Assembly: GCF_004010195.1 (NCBI RefSeq)
Contig: NC_057758.1
Span: forward strand, 6,687,082 to 6,751,081
Reading direction: 5' to 3'
DNA: 64,000 nt
DNA from: Chiloscyllium plagiosum
Lineage: Eukaryota
The number at the start of each line of letters is the position of its first letter. Position 1 is the stretch's first letter. The notes beneath the pieces are model-generated. The model had not been told where the DNA came from. It ran no database searches and saw only the letters and a program-made list of their open reading frames with translations. This document shows positions 26,873 through 38,600 of the stretch, in pieces. A program made the translations under genes and the position numbers.

Positions 26873-27607
26873 ATAATGTTGTTCAGGTATGATCTTCCTC
26901 ATATAAAACAACGCTAGTTGTCACGTACTCGTCCATTCTCTTCCAAATTGTCCTTCAGAGTCTTCTAAAAAAACTTGCCGACCACGTGTCAGGCTCATTG
27001 ACTCATAATTTCATGATTATTCCTGCTTCCTGTCTTAAACATGAGAACAACACTAGCTCATCTACAGATCGCTGTACCCTCGCCTGCGCTCAAAGAGGAT
27101 GTCTGGACACTAATATCCCAGCTACTTCTTCCCCTGTCTCTTGCAATCACCTGGCATTGATGCAATCTGTCCCTGCGGACTTGTTCAACCTTAGTGCAAT
27201 TTAGGAAAACCTAAACCACATTCTTTAATATGTTGACATTCGCTGGAGTATTCACACATTCATTCTTGACCTCAAAGTCAGTCATGTCCTTCACCTTTGT
27301 GAATTCCAAAACAAAGTGCTCATTATAGATCTCTTCCACCTCCTGAGGCGCCACATATACGGACTCTGCTTATTCCTTGAGTGGGCCTACTTTTTTGTTT
27401 GCTTCCATGTTTCGTCTAAGCTACGCTTATAAAGCCTGTTGGTTCACCTTGACCCTTTATTAATGGCATTTCATGGACCCTTTTAGCCTTCGTAATTCTG
27501 TGCAAATTTCCTTCCTAATTTCTCTATACTCTTCAAGGGCTGAATCAAATTGTAGCTGCGTAGACCGATAGTGCGCTTCACTCTCTTCCTTTTGGCTAAG
27601 ATAACAG

Positions 27608-27817
27608 TTTGGAGAAAGTGAGGACTGCAATTGCTGGAGATCAGATCTGAAAATGTGTTGCTGGAAAAGCGCAGCAGGTCAGGCAGCATCCAAGGAGCAG
27701 GAGCATCGACGTTTCGGGCATGAGCCCTTCTTCGGGAACCTTCAGGAGCCCGTCGATTCTCCTGCTCCTTGGATGCTGCCTGACCTGCTGCGCTTTTCCA
27801 GCAACACATTTTAAGCT
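27608..27817. mobile_element. PLE-derived inverted pseudo-LTR pair forming a hairpin with 62-bp arms
   Basis: Arm 27650-27711 is the reverse complement of 27751-27812 with one mismatch; 39-nt loop. The same pLTR sequence ends the PLE at 42640-42730. Confidence 0.88.
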
Positions 27818-29499
27818 AAAGATTTCCCTTGCCATTGCTATCCTTCAGTTTTACAGGGACATATGTATCCCATACTTTAATCGACTGCCTTTAAAAATGC
27901 CATCCATTGATTTTCACTCCCATAACTGCTCCCAATCCACGTTCCCCAGTTCTTGTCAAATTTGAAAGTAATTGGGCCTTGCCAAATAAAGCACTCTTGA
28001 AATGTTATCGACTCAAAAAATCACCCTTTCTGGGTTGAATCGCATTTCACACAGGTCTTCTCATTTGAACAATCTATTGGTATTCTCGAGGAGTTTCCTG
28101 ATATCAACTTACGTATTTGTCACAAAAATGTTTTCCTGTTATCCACACCAATCTTTGTCTTACCTCCTACATTTAATGATCCAGAAACAACAATGGACAC
28201 AGCACGAAAATCAAGAAATCTGTTTGTTGAGGAAGTTAAAAGACAACCTTTTAAAACTTCTTGGACGACCACTTGAAGTGACTTAACTTTCAACATTAAC
28301 AGTTAAGAGCGTGGAATCAGACTTTATAGATGTTTGGTTATTTTTATTGGTACATATTCGATGGGCCAAAGGGTCTTTTATGCACTTTAAGGTTCTGTCA
28401 TTCTGTGGCACAGATTAGCTGGAAAGGAGGTTTGATAGGTTCAGTGAGTGAGCGTGCAAAACGTAGTCTGTGCAATGTAACCTAGAAAAATGTATGACTG
28501 TATTCATTCATGTCAGTCTTGAATGGTTTTCAGTGTATTGTTAGATTTTTAGATGGTCACCAAGTTCTAAATCTAGATGAAGCACGACACATTCATGTTT
28601 ATCTGTCTCAACATTTTTCATTATTCTATCCAAAGTACTTAAAAACCTCAGATCATTTAAATTCACCCTGCGTTTGTGTTATTCCATTCCATCGCCTTTG
28701 AACCCTTGCTTTCCAGCTTACATTCTGGTGAATCAACGTTGCATTCAAAAGAACAACAATTGCCAACTCCCACTCTTTCTTCCATTTTTTGATTTAAAAT
28801 TCAATGACAATACTGGGCTAACATCATGTCCTGTTTGCAGATTAAAACATGTCTCACAGTTCGCACATATCCCGGCCTCCTGCAGATGAAACCCAGCTGG
28901 AAAGGAGCCGATCCTTTTTCAAAGTTCGATTGAGAAAGAGCAACATCATAGAAATCTTTCAATGTGAAACTGGATGCAGGAATGGAGAAGGCTTCTGCTT
29001 GGGACTGCAATTCTATCAGCAGTCGAGAAGCGCAAATGTGTAAAAATATGGTTTCATTGATTCGACCTTGCATTGCTGAATTTGCCGTTTGTTTGCAGAA
29101 TATGGATAACTCAGCTGCAAGGGATACACAAATTTCGATCGATGAAGATGCAAATTGCAGAATCTCTTTAAACTCGCTGCCCTGAAATAATGGAGTGTTT
29201 CAGCAGCGCCTTACTTGCAATTCAAGTTTGTAATAGACAGAGTAATAGTAATTTACACAATATGCCCTGTTATGTTAACCGCTCATCTGGCGTCATGGAG
29301 ACATTTTTTCAGAAACTGTCAGAGTTTTAACTTGGGGTCAGGTTGTTTTAAACCGAAGGCAAGAAGTTATAAAATGCCTGTTGTGACTTCACGAATTGTG
29401 CTTGGTAAAAATAAAATAAAAATGATCAGCAAATTGAAAAAAAACTCTGTACCCTGAGATATAATTTTGTCGTTTGTTGATATTTGTAAGGACGTAAGC

Positions 29500-29800
29500 G
29501 TTCATGTGCGAGAGTGAGTATGACTGTTAGTATATATATGCGATTGTGAGCCAGTGAGAGGTTGTGCTTTATTTGATTTGAGTGAGTGTGTTTAAATGTT
29601 TGTGAAATGTACCTGTATAATTGCGTAATTCTGTCAGATCGTGAGTTTCTAATGCCCTATAAGTGAACGCCTCTTTGAGAATGTGTGTGTGTGTGTATGG
29701 AAGCTTGTGTGAGTGACTGCAAGTTTGCCAAAGCATGACAGTGTGTTTGCTTATGTGTGTGTGTGTGAGAGAGAGACTCAATGAGTATGTGTCTTTGGCT
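29500..29800. repeat. Degenerate GT/GA-rich simple repeat
   Basis: Runs of tgtgtgtg and gagagaga with interruptions. Confidence 0.6.
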
Positions 29801-31204
29801 ATGTATTTCTATGTCTACGTCCGTGAAGGTAAAAACTCCTAAGGAGTTCAGTGAAAAGAAAAATCAGCCTGAGAGGGAGTCACAAGACGTCCTCAGACTT
29901 GTGAAAGAAATCTCGTGGCCATGATTGGTAACGCAATGTTTGTCCTCCAAATGATTGACTTACCGTCATCCTACACTTCGGATATCATAAACCCGAAGGA
30001 CCACAACGTTGAATAACTTTCCACCATCTTGAACAGAACGTTCTGTTTCTTTTTTTTATTCTTCCCGCAATATGAATCATCTTTCACCACATTATATTCC
30101 AACTGTAGTTCTAAATGATTAACTTCTATGATGTAGAAGGAAAAGTAAGTGATATGATGGGATGTAGCAAGCTCATCTATATTCAATACCTTCATATTGT
30201 TATGTTGTAATATCTAGCGAGGAAACTGCCTTCCGTCATAAACAAAATCTCACAAGGACTGCAAATATAGATTAAAAATGGAGTGTGATTTTGACATGTC
30301 AGTCATTTAGCTTTCAACTCCTTACTGCATTTGGACATTCATGTATATTATGCTGCATGGGGCAAATATTAAACCAAGGATTTTCGAAGAACTACAAACT
30401 AGGTTATTGTGGCTAAAGCAGATGAGTGCCAGGGAGCAGTCCTATTCGTGACCATATTGTGCTTGGTGGTTCCGTTGATGGCCCTGCATATCTTTTGTTT
30501 GACAAATATGAACTAACAGTTGGAGGGGTATTAATTGGTTTCGACGCTTTTTAAAAATGATTTGTGAGGTTTGGGCATAGCTATCTGACCATAATTGATA
30601 GAACATTCATATTTTCCCTTGTGAAGGTGGGGCTGAAATGCTTTCTTGAATTACTGCTGTCCACTTGCCGTGGGTTGACCGGAAATGCGAGGAGGGAGGG
30701 AATTGTCTGCATGGTGAGCAGGGAAAAACTGGTTTTTAAAGGCAAGTAGATACCAGTGTTGTAGTTGGATTACAAAAGCTTTGTTTTAGACAACTCAGGT
30801 TTTGGAGAACACTACCACAGGCAGAATACTTTTTTGGCTCATTTCCTCTGTGAATCTATTATATTCAGATGTCACGTGATGTGAATAAAATTGACTGAGT
30901 ACTGGCTGGGCATATTAAGAAGTCCTGATATTATGTTCTTACATATGTGCATTGTTTATGAACTTCCAGGATGGCCTGTCAGTATTTGTTATATTTAATG
31001 AACACTGGCTTGTTTTCGAGGCATCGAACCAAAATTAAATTGATCTGAGTATATTCATTGAACAGTTGTAAATTGTGTTCGTGATGATGTGACTTGAGTT
31101 TGTCAGAGGAGACTTCTTGCCCGTGTTTATGGGCGATGACTTCCACTGCCTCAGCAGTGCATCAGTCCTTTAGCCTGCGACAGGAGTTTGTACTATAACA
31201 GAAA

Positions 31205-31274
31205 ATGGGAAGACCAGCAATTGCGTTGATGAAAGAATTTTACTATCCACTTTTGGCAGCCATCGGTGTGTCTG
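31205..31274 (+). CDS. GPR139-like: Exon 1 of a GPR139/GPR142-like class A GPCR (MGRPAIALMKEFYYPLLAAIGVS + first base of the Ala codon)
   Basis: ATG at 31205 in the context aaaATGg, then 70 nt open, ending at a canonical donor G|GTGAGT (31275). The YYPLLAAIGV segment matches the TM1 start of the GPR139 family (human YYSLLLCLGLP). Phase 1 joins in frame to exon 2. Confidence 0.88.
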
Positions 31275-31880
31275 GTGAGTTAGTTTATTTTGTATTCTTA
31301 TCATATATAAATTGTCTCTCTTCTTCGATGCTCTAAGTGCAGAATAAGATAATACATTTATGCAAAGTCACAAATACCAGATGCAAAAATAGACAATACT
31401 GGAGAAATGCTGGCAGCAATCGTGAAGAGAAGAATGGACGTCATGCTACTGATTTATTGACTCTTTGCAACAATTTCTGTTTTCTTTTCAGATTTCCACT
31501 ATATTAAGTTATTCATGTTTTATTTGAGCTGTTATTGTTGTTTGTTGTGTTCGCCGAGCTGGAGGTTTTTGTTGTTTGCTAAATTTGACCATCCCTTGCT
31601 TTGCAGTTGACTTGTAATTGAATCAGAGTGGGTTGCACTACTTTAGAAGTTTTAGTAGAATAATTGGAGTGCATTGCTTATCAAGCAGTTCCTTTTTGCA
31701 GAGTCAGTTTTATAACAGATTCGTGGGAGGTGTGTTTCATGGGTAATTGCTTTGAGTATAATCATCTTCCTTTACAGTATTTTGTATTCATTTGATAGCG
31801 GGAATATTTGCTGTACAGTTATTTCCATTACAATTTTCAACAGGTAAAGGAACATTAATAATTGTTTTAACATTTTACAG
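31275..31880 (+). other. 606-bp GT-AG phase-1 intron of the GPCR gene
   Basis: GTGAGT donor and pyrimidine-rich ttttaacattttacAG acceptor; splicing restores a continuous TM1. Confidence 0.85.
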
Positions 31881-32791
31881 CGAACCTGCTGACAATTGTG
31901 GTTCTTTTCCGAGGAAACTGCGCTCTTTCCAAGTGTATCTCTGTCTACATGGTGGCCATGGCAACGGCAGATCTACTGGTCATGTTCAATAATGTGTTAA
32001 TATACTATATTTTCAGTTACCACTTTCCAACTTCATTCCTCTCGCAGACCTCGGTTTGTAAATTCATTATCTACATGACAGGAGTTACACTTGACTGCTC
32101 TGTTTGGTTCACTGTTTCCTTTACTTTCGACCGATTTGTGGTGATCTGCTGCCGAAAGTTTTCGACAAAGTACTGCACTGAAAGAACGTCAGTCGTGGTT
32201 GTTGCAATTCTCACTCTCCTTGTCCTTTTGAGAGACGTCCCAATTTTGCTTTCATTTGATCCTGAGATGACAATTAACAAAGTACAGTGGAGATGCCGGG
32301 CAAAGGCATCTTTCTTCTCCTCAGATTTTGGTGAAGCATTTGTCTGGTTTCACAACGCGTCCCTCATTTGGTTCCCTTTCATTTTGATTACCACGTTTAA
32401 CTCGTTAACTATTAGAAAGATTTTATTGAGCAGTCGAGTCAGAAGAAGAATCCACAGTCACAGCACTGAGAATCAGAGCGATGCTGAGATGCAGAACCAA
32501 AGGAAATCTGTCATCCTGCTCTTTGCTATTTCAAGCAGCTTTATATTGTTGTGGTTGACACATGCTGTGACAATGGTAACGACAAAACTGACAAACACCA
32601 CTTACTACCGAGGCGATATCACAGACCCAGGCTACATCGCCACTGAAGTTGCAGCTTCTCTGAGGTATTTGAGCTCCTGCCTAAACCCGTGGATTTATGC
32701 AGCAACCCAAACGGTATTCAGGAAACAACTGAAAAATACATTAGTTTCTCCTTGTACGCTTTTTGTCAGATTGTGTAGAAATTGTGGATAA
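31881..32791 (+). CDS. GPR139-like: Exon 2 of the GPR139-like GPCR (rest of TM1 to C-terminus); spliced product 326 aa
   Basis: Acceptor ttttacAG ends at 31880; G+CG gives Ala, followed by NLLTIVVL. Seven hydrophobic segments with TM2 MATADLL, TM3 Cys and SVWFTVSFTFDRF, ECL2 Cys (WRC), TM6 LLWLT, TM7 NPWIY and helix-8 FRKQL. No stops or frameshifts up to TAA at 32789-32791. Confidence 0.93.
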
Positions 32792-32793
32792 AA

Positions 32794-32799
32794 AATAAA
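32794..32799 (+). promoter_or_regulatory. Candidate polyadenylation signal AATAAA just after the GPCR stop codon
   Basis: TAAaaAATAAAt is seen in the sequence; whether it is used is not shown. Confidence 0.3.
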
Positions 32800-33909
32800 T
32801 GGGAGCATTGAACAGCTTTCTCTACCTAAAGCTAACGAGAGAACATATTTGCATTACAGAACCTGGTACTTCATCGTGCATTGTGAATCAGGATGCGACC
32901 TTGTGAATCTTTCTTCCAAATTGTACAGTGTCACGCAATTAACATCTGTAGAGAAAAAAAATACAACACAGCTGGCAGCAAAATATGTACCTAAAGGCAA
33001 GAGTGTCGTTGTCCGGACAGAACTTTGCAATACTACAAATAATATATGTAGTAATAACTGAGCAAAGCACAGTATGGTGCTGAACAGAGATCATATGGTA
33101 AATGGGAAGAGGTGTGTTATCGATGATTGGCAGTGCAGGGAATGTGTGCAATTGAAATAGGCGTGCTGATTAAAGATTTTAATGAACATGAATCCCGCGT
33201 TGTCCTCAGTCATGGCGACAACTGCCAAAACTTTATTGCATGTGTGCTTGAAAAACAATGTCCCTAGAGGACGCATTGGTGCTTTCAATTGAAGAATAGC
33301 AACATCATTCATTAGGGCAGTTCAGAGAATGTCCAGAGGATGATCCCTTTTAAGGAATTATTATCTTTTCAGCAAAACAAATCTTGAAACGTTCCACATT
33401 AGAGTTTACAAAAATGTATAGTAACCTGAATGAAAGAGAAAGTATTCATAAGGTACTTGACAGAGTAAATGTTAACAGTATTGTCCTCTTTATGAGAAAG
33501 TAAAAGACCACAGGACAGACTCTGGGGAGTAGGGGGGTGACAATTTAAGACTGAGCTGAGGATGGATTTGCTCTCTCCGACAATTATGTGTTTGATTTGA
33601 TTTGTGTTATTGTCACGTGTACATATGTAGAGTAAAAGCTCTGCTTACGAACATTACAGATACAACATTGGATTCAAGGCATGCACATCACAGAGTGAAA
33701 AACAAACATAGGCAGCGAATTATATTCAGGTTACAAATAACATAACGTGTTTGAGGCAAGATAAACAATCAACAAGATCTAGATAATTTGAAGTAGAAAG
33801 ACTATTCCGCTATCTATTAACAGCAGAGTAAAATCTGCTATTGGATTTGCTGGATTATGTATTCACATTTGGAACACCTTACCATAGACACTGCCTGGGC
33901 AGAGTCGTG

Positions 33910-34267
33910 TTACCTATTTCAGGATGTGACAGGTAGACTCACGAAAAATGGCCCAAAAAGTCGACACCAATCCTTGGAAGTGCATCCAACCCAGACCCAT
34001 TATTGTACCCGCTTAATTCACATCTCCCCAGAGGAATGCACCTATGTTACAATATCCCTGAAAACTGAGGACAATTCAGCGTGGCCAATTCACCTAACTT
34101 GGACGTCTTCGGAATGTGGGTAAAAACCAGAGCACCCGAAGGATTCCCGCACAGACAAGGAAGAGAATGTGCAACCTCCACACTGACAGTCGCCCGAAGT
34201 TGGAATCGAAACGTGCTTGGTGGTGCGGCGAGGAGGCAGTTTTTACCACCGAGGCAACATTCAGCCC
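33910..34267 (-). mobile_element. Old V-SINE (HE1-like)
   Basis: Degenerate ggccaattcacctaac...ggaatgtggg...agcacccgaagga...gtgcaacctccacactgacagtcgcccg...ggaatcgaa, the reverse of the SINE head and V-domain. Confidence 0.7.
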
Positions 34268-34427
34268 TTAAAGACTACGTCCACCATGTTGTATTTTTTA
34301 ATTTCTCATCTGGACTAAGATAGCCTCAAATTGTCACCAAATTGCCAATATTCATCCCTGCTGAGGATGGGGCTTCGCCATGGCATAAATCGTCTCAGAA
34401 TTGAGCAACTCCTCATGTTAGGTGAGG

Positions 34428-34656
34428 GTGTAGACATTGGGGAGGCTGGGCGCCTCCGAGCAGAGTGCTTTAGGGAACACCTCCGGGACACCCGCACCAA
34501 TCAACCACACCACCCTATTGCCCAACATTTCAACTCCCCCTCCCACTCGGCCGAGGACATGGAGGTCTTGGGCCTCCTTCACCACCGCTCCCTCACCACC
34601 ATACAACTGGAGGAAGAACGCCTCATCTTCCGCCTCGGAACACTTCAACCCCAGGG
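34428..34656 (+). mobile_element. PLE GIY-YIG endonuclease fragment, truncated by a gap
   Basis: DIGEAGRLRAECFREHLRDTRTNQPHHPIAQHFNSPSHSAEDMEVLGL...EEERLIFRLGTLQPQG. Confidence 0.85.
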
Positions 34657-35156
34657 NNNNNNNNNNNNNNNNNNNNNNNNNNNNNNNNNNNNNNNNNNNN
34701 NNNNNNNNNNNNNNNNNNNNNNNNNNNNNNNNNNNNNNNNNNNNNNNNNNNNNNNNNNNNNNNNNNNNNNNNNNNNNNNNNNNNNNNNNNNNNNNNNNNN
34801 NNNNNNNNNNNNNNNNNNNNNNNNNNNNNNNNNNNNNNNNNNNNNNNNNNNNNNNNNNNNNNNNNNNNNNNNNNNNNNNNNNNNNNNNNNNNNNNNNNNN
34901 NNNNNNNNNNNNNNNNNNNNNNNNNNNNNNNNNNNNNNNNNNNNNNNNNNNNNNNNNNNNNNNNNNNNNNNNNNNNNNNNNNNNNNNNNNNNNNNNNNNN
35001 NNNNNNNNNNNNNNNNNNNNNNNNNNNNNNNNNNNNNNNNNNNNNNNNNNNNNNNNNNNNNNNNNNNNNNNNNNNNNNNNNNNNNNNNNNNNNNNNNNNN
35101 NNNNNNNNNNNNNNNNNNNNNNNNNNNNNNNNNNNNNNNNNNNNNNNNNNNNNNNN
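34657..35156. other. Assembly gap (500 N)
   Basis: N run. Confidence 1.
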
Positions 35157-35345
35157 CAACTAAGAAATCATTCACTCTGCAAAGACATCGGAAAGGAGAC
35201 TAAGGACCTGGAAGGGGATCATTACAAGGGCAGAAGAAGTGATTAGACACATTCGGTGTTTAATCTTTCGAGTCCTGAAGTTGAATAGCTGGTCTAATCA
35301 AGGTCTTCCGGGCGTCAACAGGGAAAGGCAGGGAGATAAACGTAA

Positions 35346-36714
35346 CCTATAACATAGAACATAGAAAATAGAACATAGAAAAGTACAGTACAGAACAGGC
35401 CCTTTCACCCACGATGTTGTGACGAGATTTAATCCTAATGTAAAATACAGTAACTTATCATACACACCCATCAACTCACTGATACCCACGTGCATGTCCA
35501 GCATCGCTTAAATGTCCCCATGACTCTGCTTCCACCACTACAGCTGGCAAAGCATTCCATGCATTCACAACTGTCTGCACAAAGAACCTACCTCTAACGT
35601 CTCATTTATACCTTTCTTCTAATACCCTTAAACGATGACTCCTCGTACCAGTCAATCCTGCACTGGGGAACAGTCTCTTGCTATTGACTCTATAAAAGCC
35701 ACTCGTTATGCTGTACACCTCGATCTGGTATCCTCTCTTCCTACTTCTCTCCAGAGAGAAAAGTACGAACCAATTCAAACTTTCTTCATAAGGCAAGTCC
35801 TCCAGTCCAGGCAACATCCTGGTAAAACTTCTTTGCACCCTCTCCAAAGTATCTGTATTTTTCCTATAGTGGGGCAACCAGAACTGGACAAAATATTCCA
35901 AGTGTGTTCTCACCAGGGACTTGTCGAGCTGCAGCAAAACCTTGTGGCTCTTAAACTCGATACCACTGATTATGAAAGCCAAAATACCATACGCTTTCTT
36001 AACGACCCTATCAACTTGGGTGGTAATGTTGAGGGATCGACGTACTTGAACACCCAGATCCCTCTGCTCCACCACACTGCCAAGAATCCTGCCTTTAATC
36101 CTATATTCAGCATTCAAGTTCGAACTTCCAAAATGATCACTTCGCATTTTTCCAGGTTGAACTCCATCTTCCCTTTCTCAGCCAAGCTCTGCATCCTGTC
36201 TACTGCAGCCTGCAGTCGTCCTCCATACTATCGACAGCACTTCCGACCTTTGTGTCATCTGCAAATTTACTAACCCACCTCTCAACCTCCTCATTCAAGT
36301 CATTTACAAAAACTGCAAAGGGCAAAGGCCCATGAACAGAGACCTGCGGGACGCCAAACAACACTGACCTCCAGGGAGAATAATTTCCATCTACAAACAT
36401 TCTCTATCTTCTGCCAGCCAGCCAATTCTGAATCCAGATATCCACATTTCCCTTTATCCCATACTTCCTGACTTTATGAATGAGCCGACTCGGTGGAACC
36501 CTATCAAATGCCTGGCTGAAGTCCATATACACCACATCCACTGGTCGACAAACTGTCTCGTCACCTCCTCAAATTACTCAATAATATTTGTGAGGCATGA
36601 CCTGCCCCTCACAAAGCCATGCTGGCTGCTTTTAACCACACTATGCTTTGCAAAATAGTCATACATGTTAGCCGTCAGAACTCTTTCCAAAACTTTGCTG
36701 ACCACAGACGTAAT
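35346..36714 (-). mobile_element. 5'-truncated CR1 (RT and 3' UTR) with a (TTCTATG)n-type tail
   Basis: GVPQVSVHGPL...VSKFADDTKVG; QRDLGVQV...LVRTHLEYFVQFWLPHYRK...LERVQR; plus-strand tail aacatagaacatagaaaatagaacatagaa. Confidence 0.92.
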
Positions 36715-37989
36715 ATGTAATTATATCCACAGTTGAATTAAAAGTAAAGAATGTGCTTGGACGAATTCCAGAATTCCCTCCCTCAGGGTATTGTGGGTCA
36801 ACCAATAGCACAGAGACCGCAAAAGATGAAGAAGGCAGCTCTCCAACATCTTCTCGTGAGGCCAAATAATAATAATAGGCAATAATTGCTGGTTCCTGTA
36901 AGCGATGTCCACAGCATTTTGTAAGAATTACTGTGAAGTCATTCGGGAGAGATAACAGAAAGCCCTTCTGCACACAAAGCGTAGTGGACCTCAGGAACGC
37001 TCGTGCTCAAATGGTGATGAATAATAATTCAATTGTTACTTTTAAATCTGAGATAGACGCATTTTTATTGAGCTATCGTGTCAAGGCATATGGGTTAAAG
37101 GCAAAGATATGTTGTTATCCCACAGATAACATTTGGTTATACGAGCGGCTGAGCAAGTTCGCGAATCTAAATGGCCTTATTATGTTCCTGAATTCCCTTG
37201 ACTAAATTATTTTGATCTTCTTCACCTCACTAGTTACTCAGGCCAATAACTCTGTTTGGTATATACTGTAAACATGAAGGAGACAGTTTTAAGCTTCCAT
37301 TCCTCACTCCCTGTGTCAGTTGGCGATCTAATTTTAAAATGAATTCAAACAGGTGACAGTCATCATTCTGTCAGTGATGAAAACCAGCAGCGCAGTCTTT
37401 CAACCCATAAATTGAGGATCTGTGCTTCAGTCTTTTCATCCTTCCTCTCACAACTATAGTGATGATATGGGCTGCACTGCTTTTAATGCGTGGAAACTTA
37501 GTGTTTGTGAAAATCAACGATAATTGCAAGTACTCCAGTTCATCTGATTTGCAGCAGTTAGCACAGCTTCTCGTGAGCAAACGAGTGAAACACTGTTTTT
37601 AACGGTGGCCATTATACTCTTTGCTGCCGTTCGGGTTGATCATGAGGGTTCATTCACATCAACATTCATTCCTTCGTTTTTCTGTATTCTTGGAGCAAAA
37701 TAAAATTGCACACAGGAAAATACCAATCGTAATTCCCAGTCCATCCAAAAATGTGTACGCATGCATTCTTTCTTATTGCAAATGTTGATCGCCAAGGAGA
37801 TATTCCCTGGCCTCTCAGATTTGTGATTGTAATGTGACAATGCAGAGATCGTGGGATGTCGTGGTGCAAGGGAGGGTTCAAATTCTACCTGTTCCAAAGT
37901 TGTGTTCTAACATCTCTGCAGCAGATGGATTTGCAAACACTTCACCAGATTTGCTTTATTATATACATGGGTTTGCCGGACTTTAATTT

Positions 37990-38600
37990 CAAATGCATTG
38001 GATTTAAAAAGTAGGATGCTTCATTGAAGGAAGAACAAAACACTAGTCAGCACAATTGGAATATTGTGAACAGTCTCGAATACGTTATCTGAACAAAAGC
38101 AGACCACAGAAAGTTCATTGGGCTGATGCCAGTTGTGGAGGGACTGACTTCACAGGAGAGGTTCATTAGTTTGGATGAGAACGCGTTGGGGTTTCGAAGA
38201 GTACGAAGCGAACTTATTGAAGAATGAATGACTCTTGAAGGACTTTGCCGTTAAACTGATGTGAGGTTGATTGCCCTTGTCGCAAAGGTTAGGATCAGAG
38301 GGCCTCATCTCAGAACAAAGTGGCAACGATTTAAAACAGTGTTGAGGCCGAGTTTCTTCGATCGGATTCTTGAAAATCCAGGGAATTCTTTACGCAAGAG
38401 GGCTGTCGAGCTTGAAAAATTCGGTATGTTCAAAGATGAGATAGACAGACTTTTCAAGCCTCAGTGGAATCGATGAAGTATTGAGATAAGGCAGGAAATT
38501 GGATTTGTGGATGATGAGATCACTCACAATCTCAGTGAATGGCAGAACAGAGTCGATGTCCTGAACAGCCTACGTCTGCTCCTCCATCTTTTGGTCTGAA
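37990..38600 (+). mobile_element. Old CR1 3' fragment
   Basis: ttggaatattgtgaacag (LEYCEQ), GNSL...MFKDEIDRL 3' region and tail gcctacgtctgctcctccatctt. Confidence 0.65.

Larger units (their letters stand above)
25430..27990 (-). mobile_element. Old CR1 ORF2/3' region hosting a (TA)n tract, a SINE and a PLE hairpin
   Basis: Degraded CR1 RT and 3' UTR phrases (ggattaaattccatctg, ttcaataat...ggtatgatcttcc); heavily mutated. Confidence 0.65.

Noticed and set aside
29955..30195. Possible minus-strand exon (74-aa ORF, GTAAGT donor-like site near 29960)
   Set aside because: All three frames hit a stop shortly before the donor-like site, and there is no recognisable protein similarity.
31191..31199. 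tactataac as a TATA box
   Set aside because: It is only ~10 bp from the ATG, too close for a TATA box at about -30 plus a 5' UTR.
31898..31900. ORF-track start for the GPCR (GTG at 31898)
   Set aside because: It lies within TM1; the splice acceptor at 31880 and the upstream exon give a complete protein from ATG 31205.
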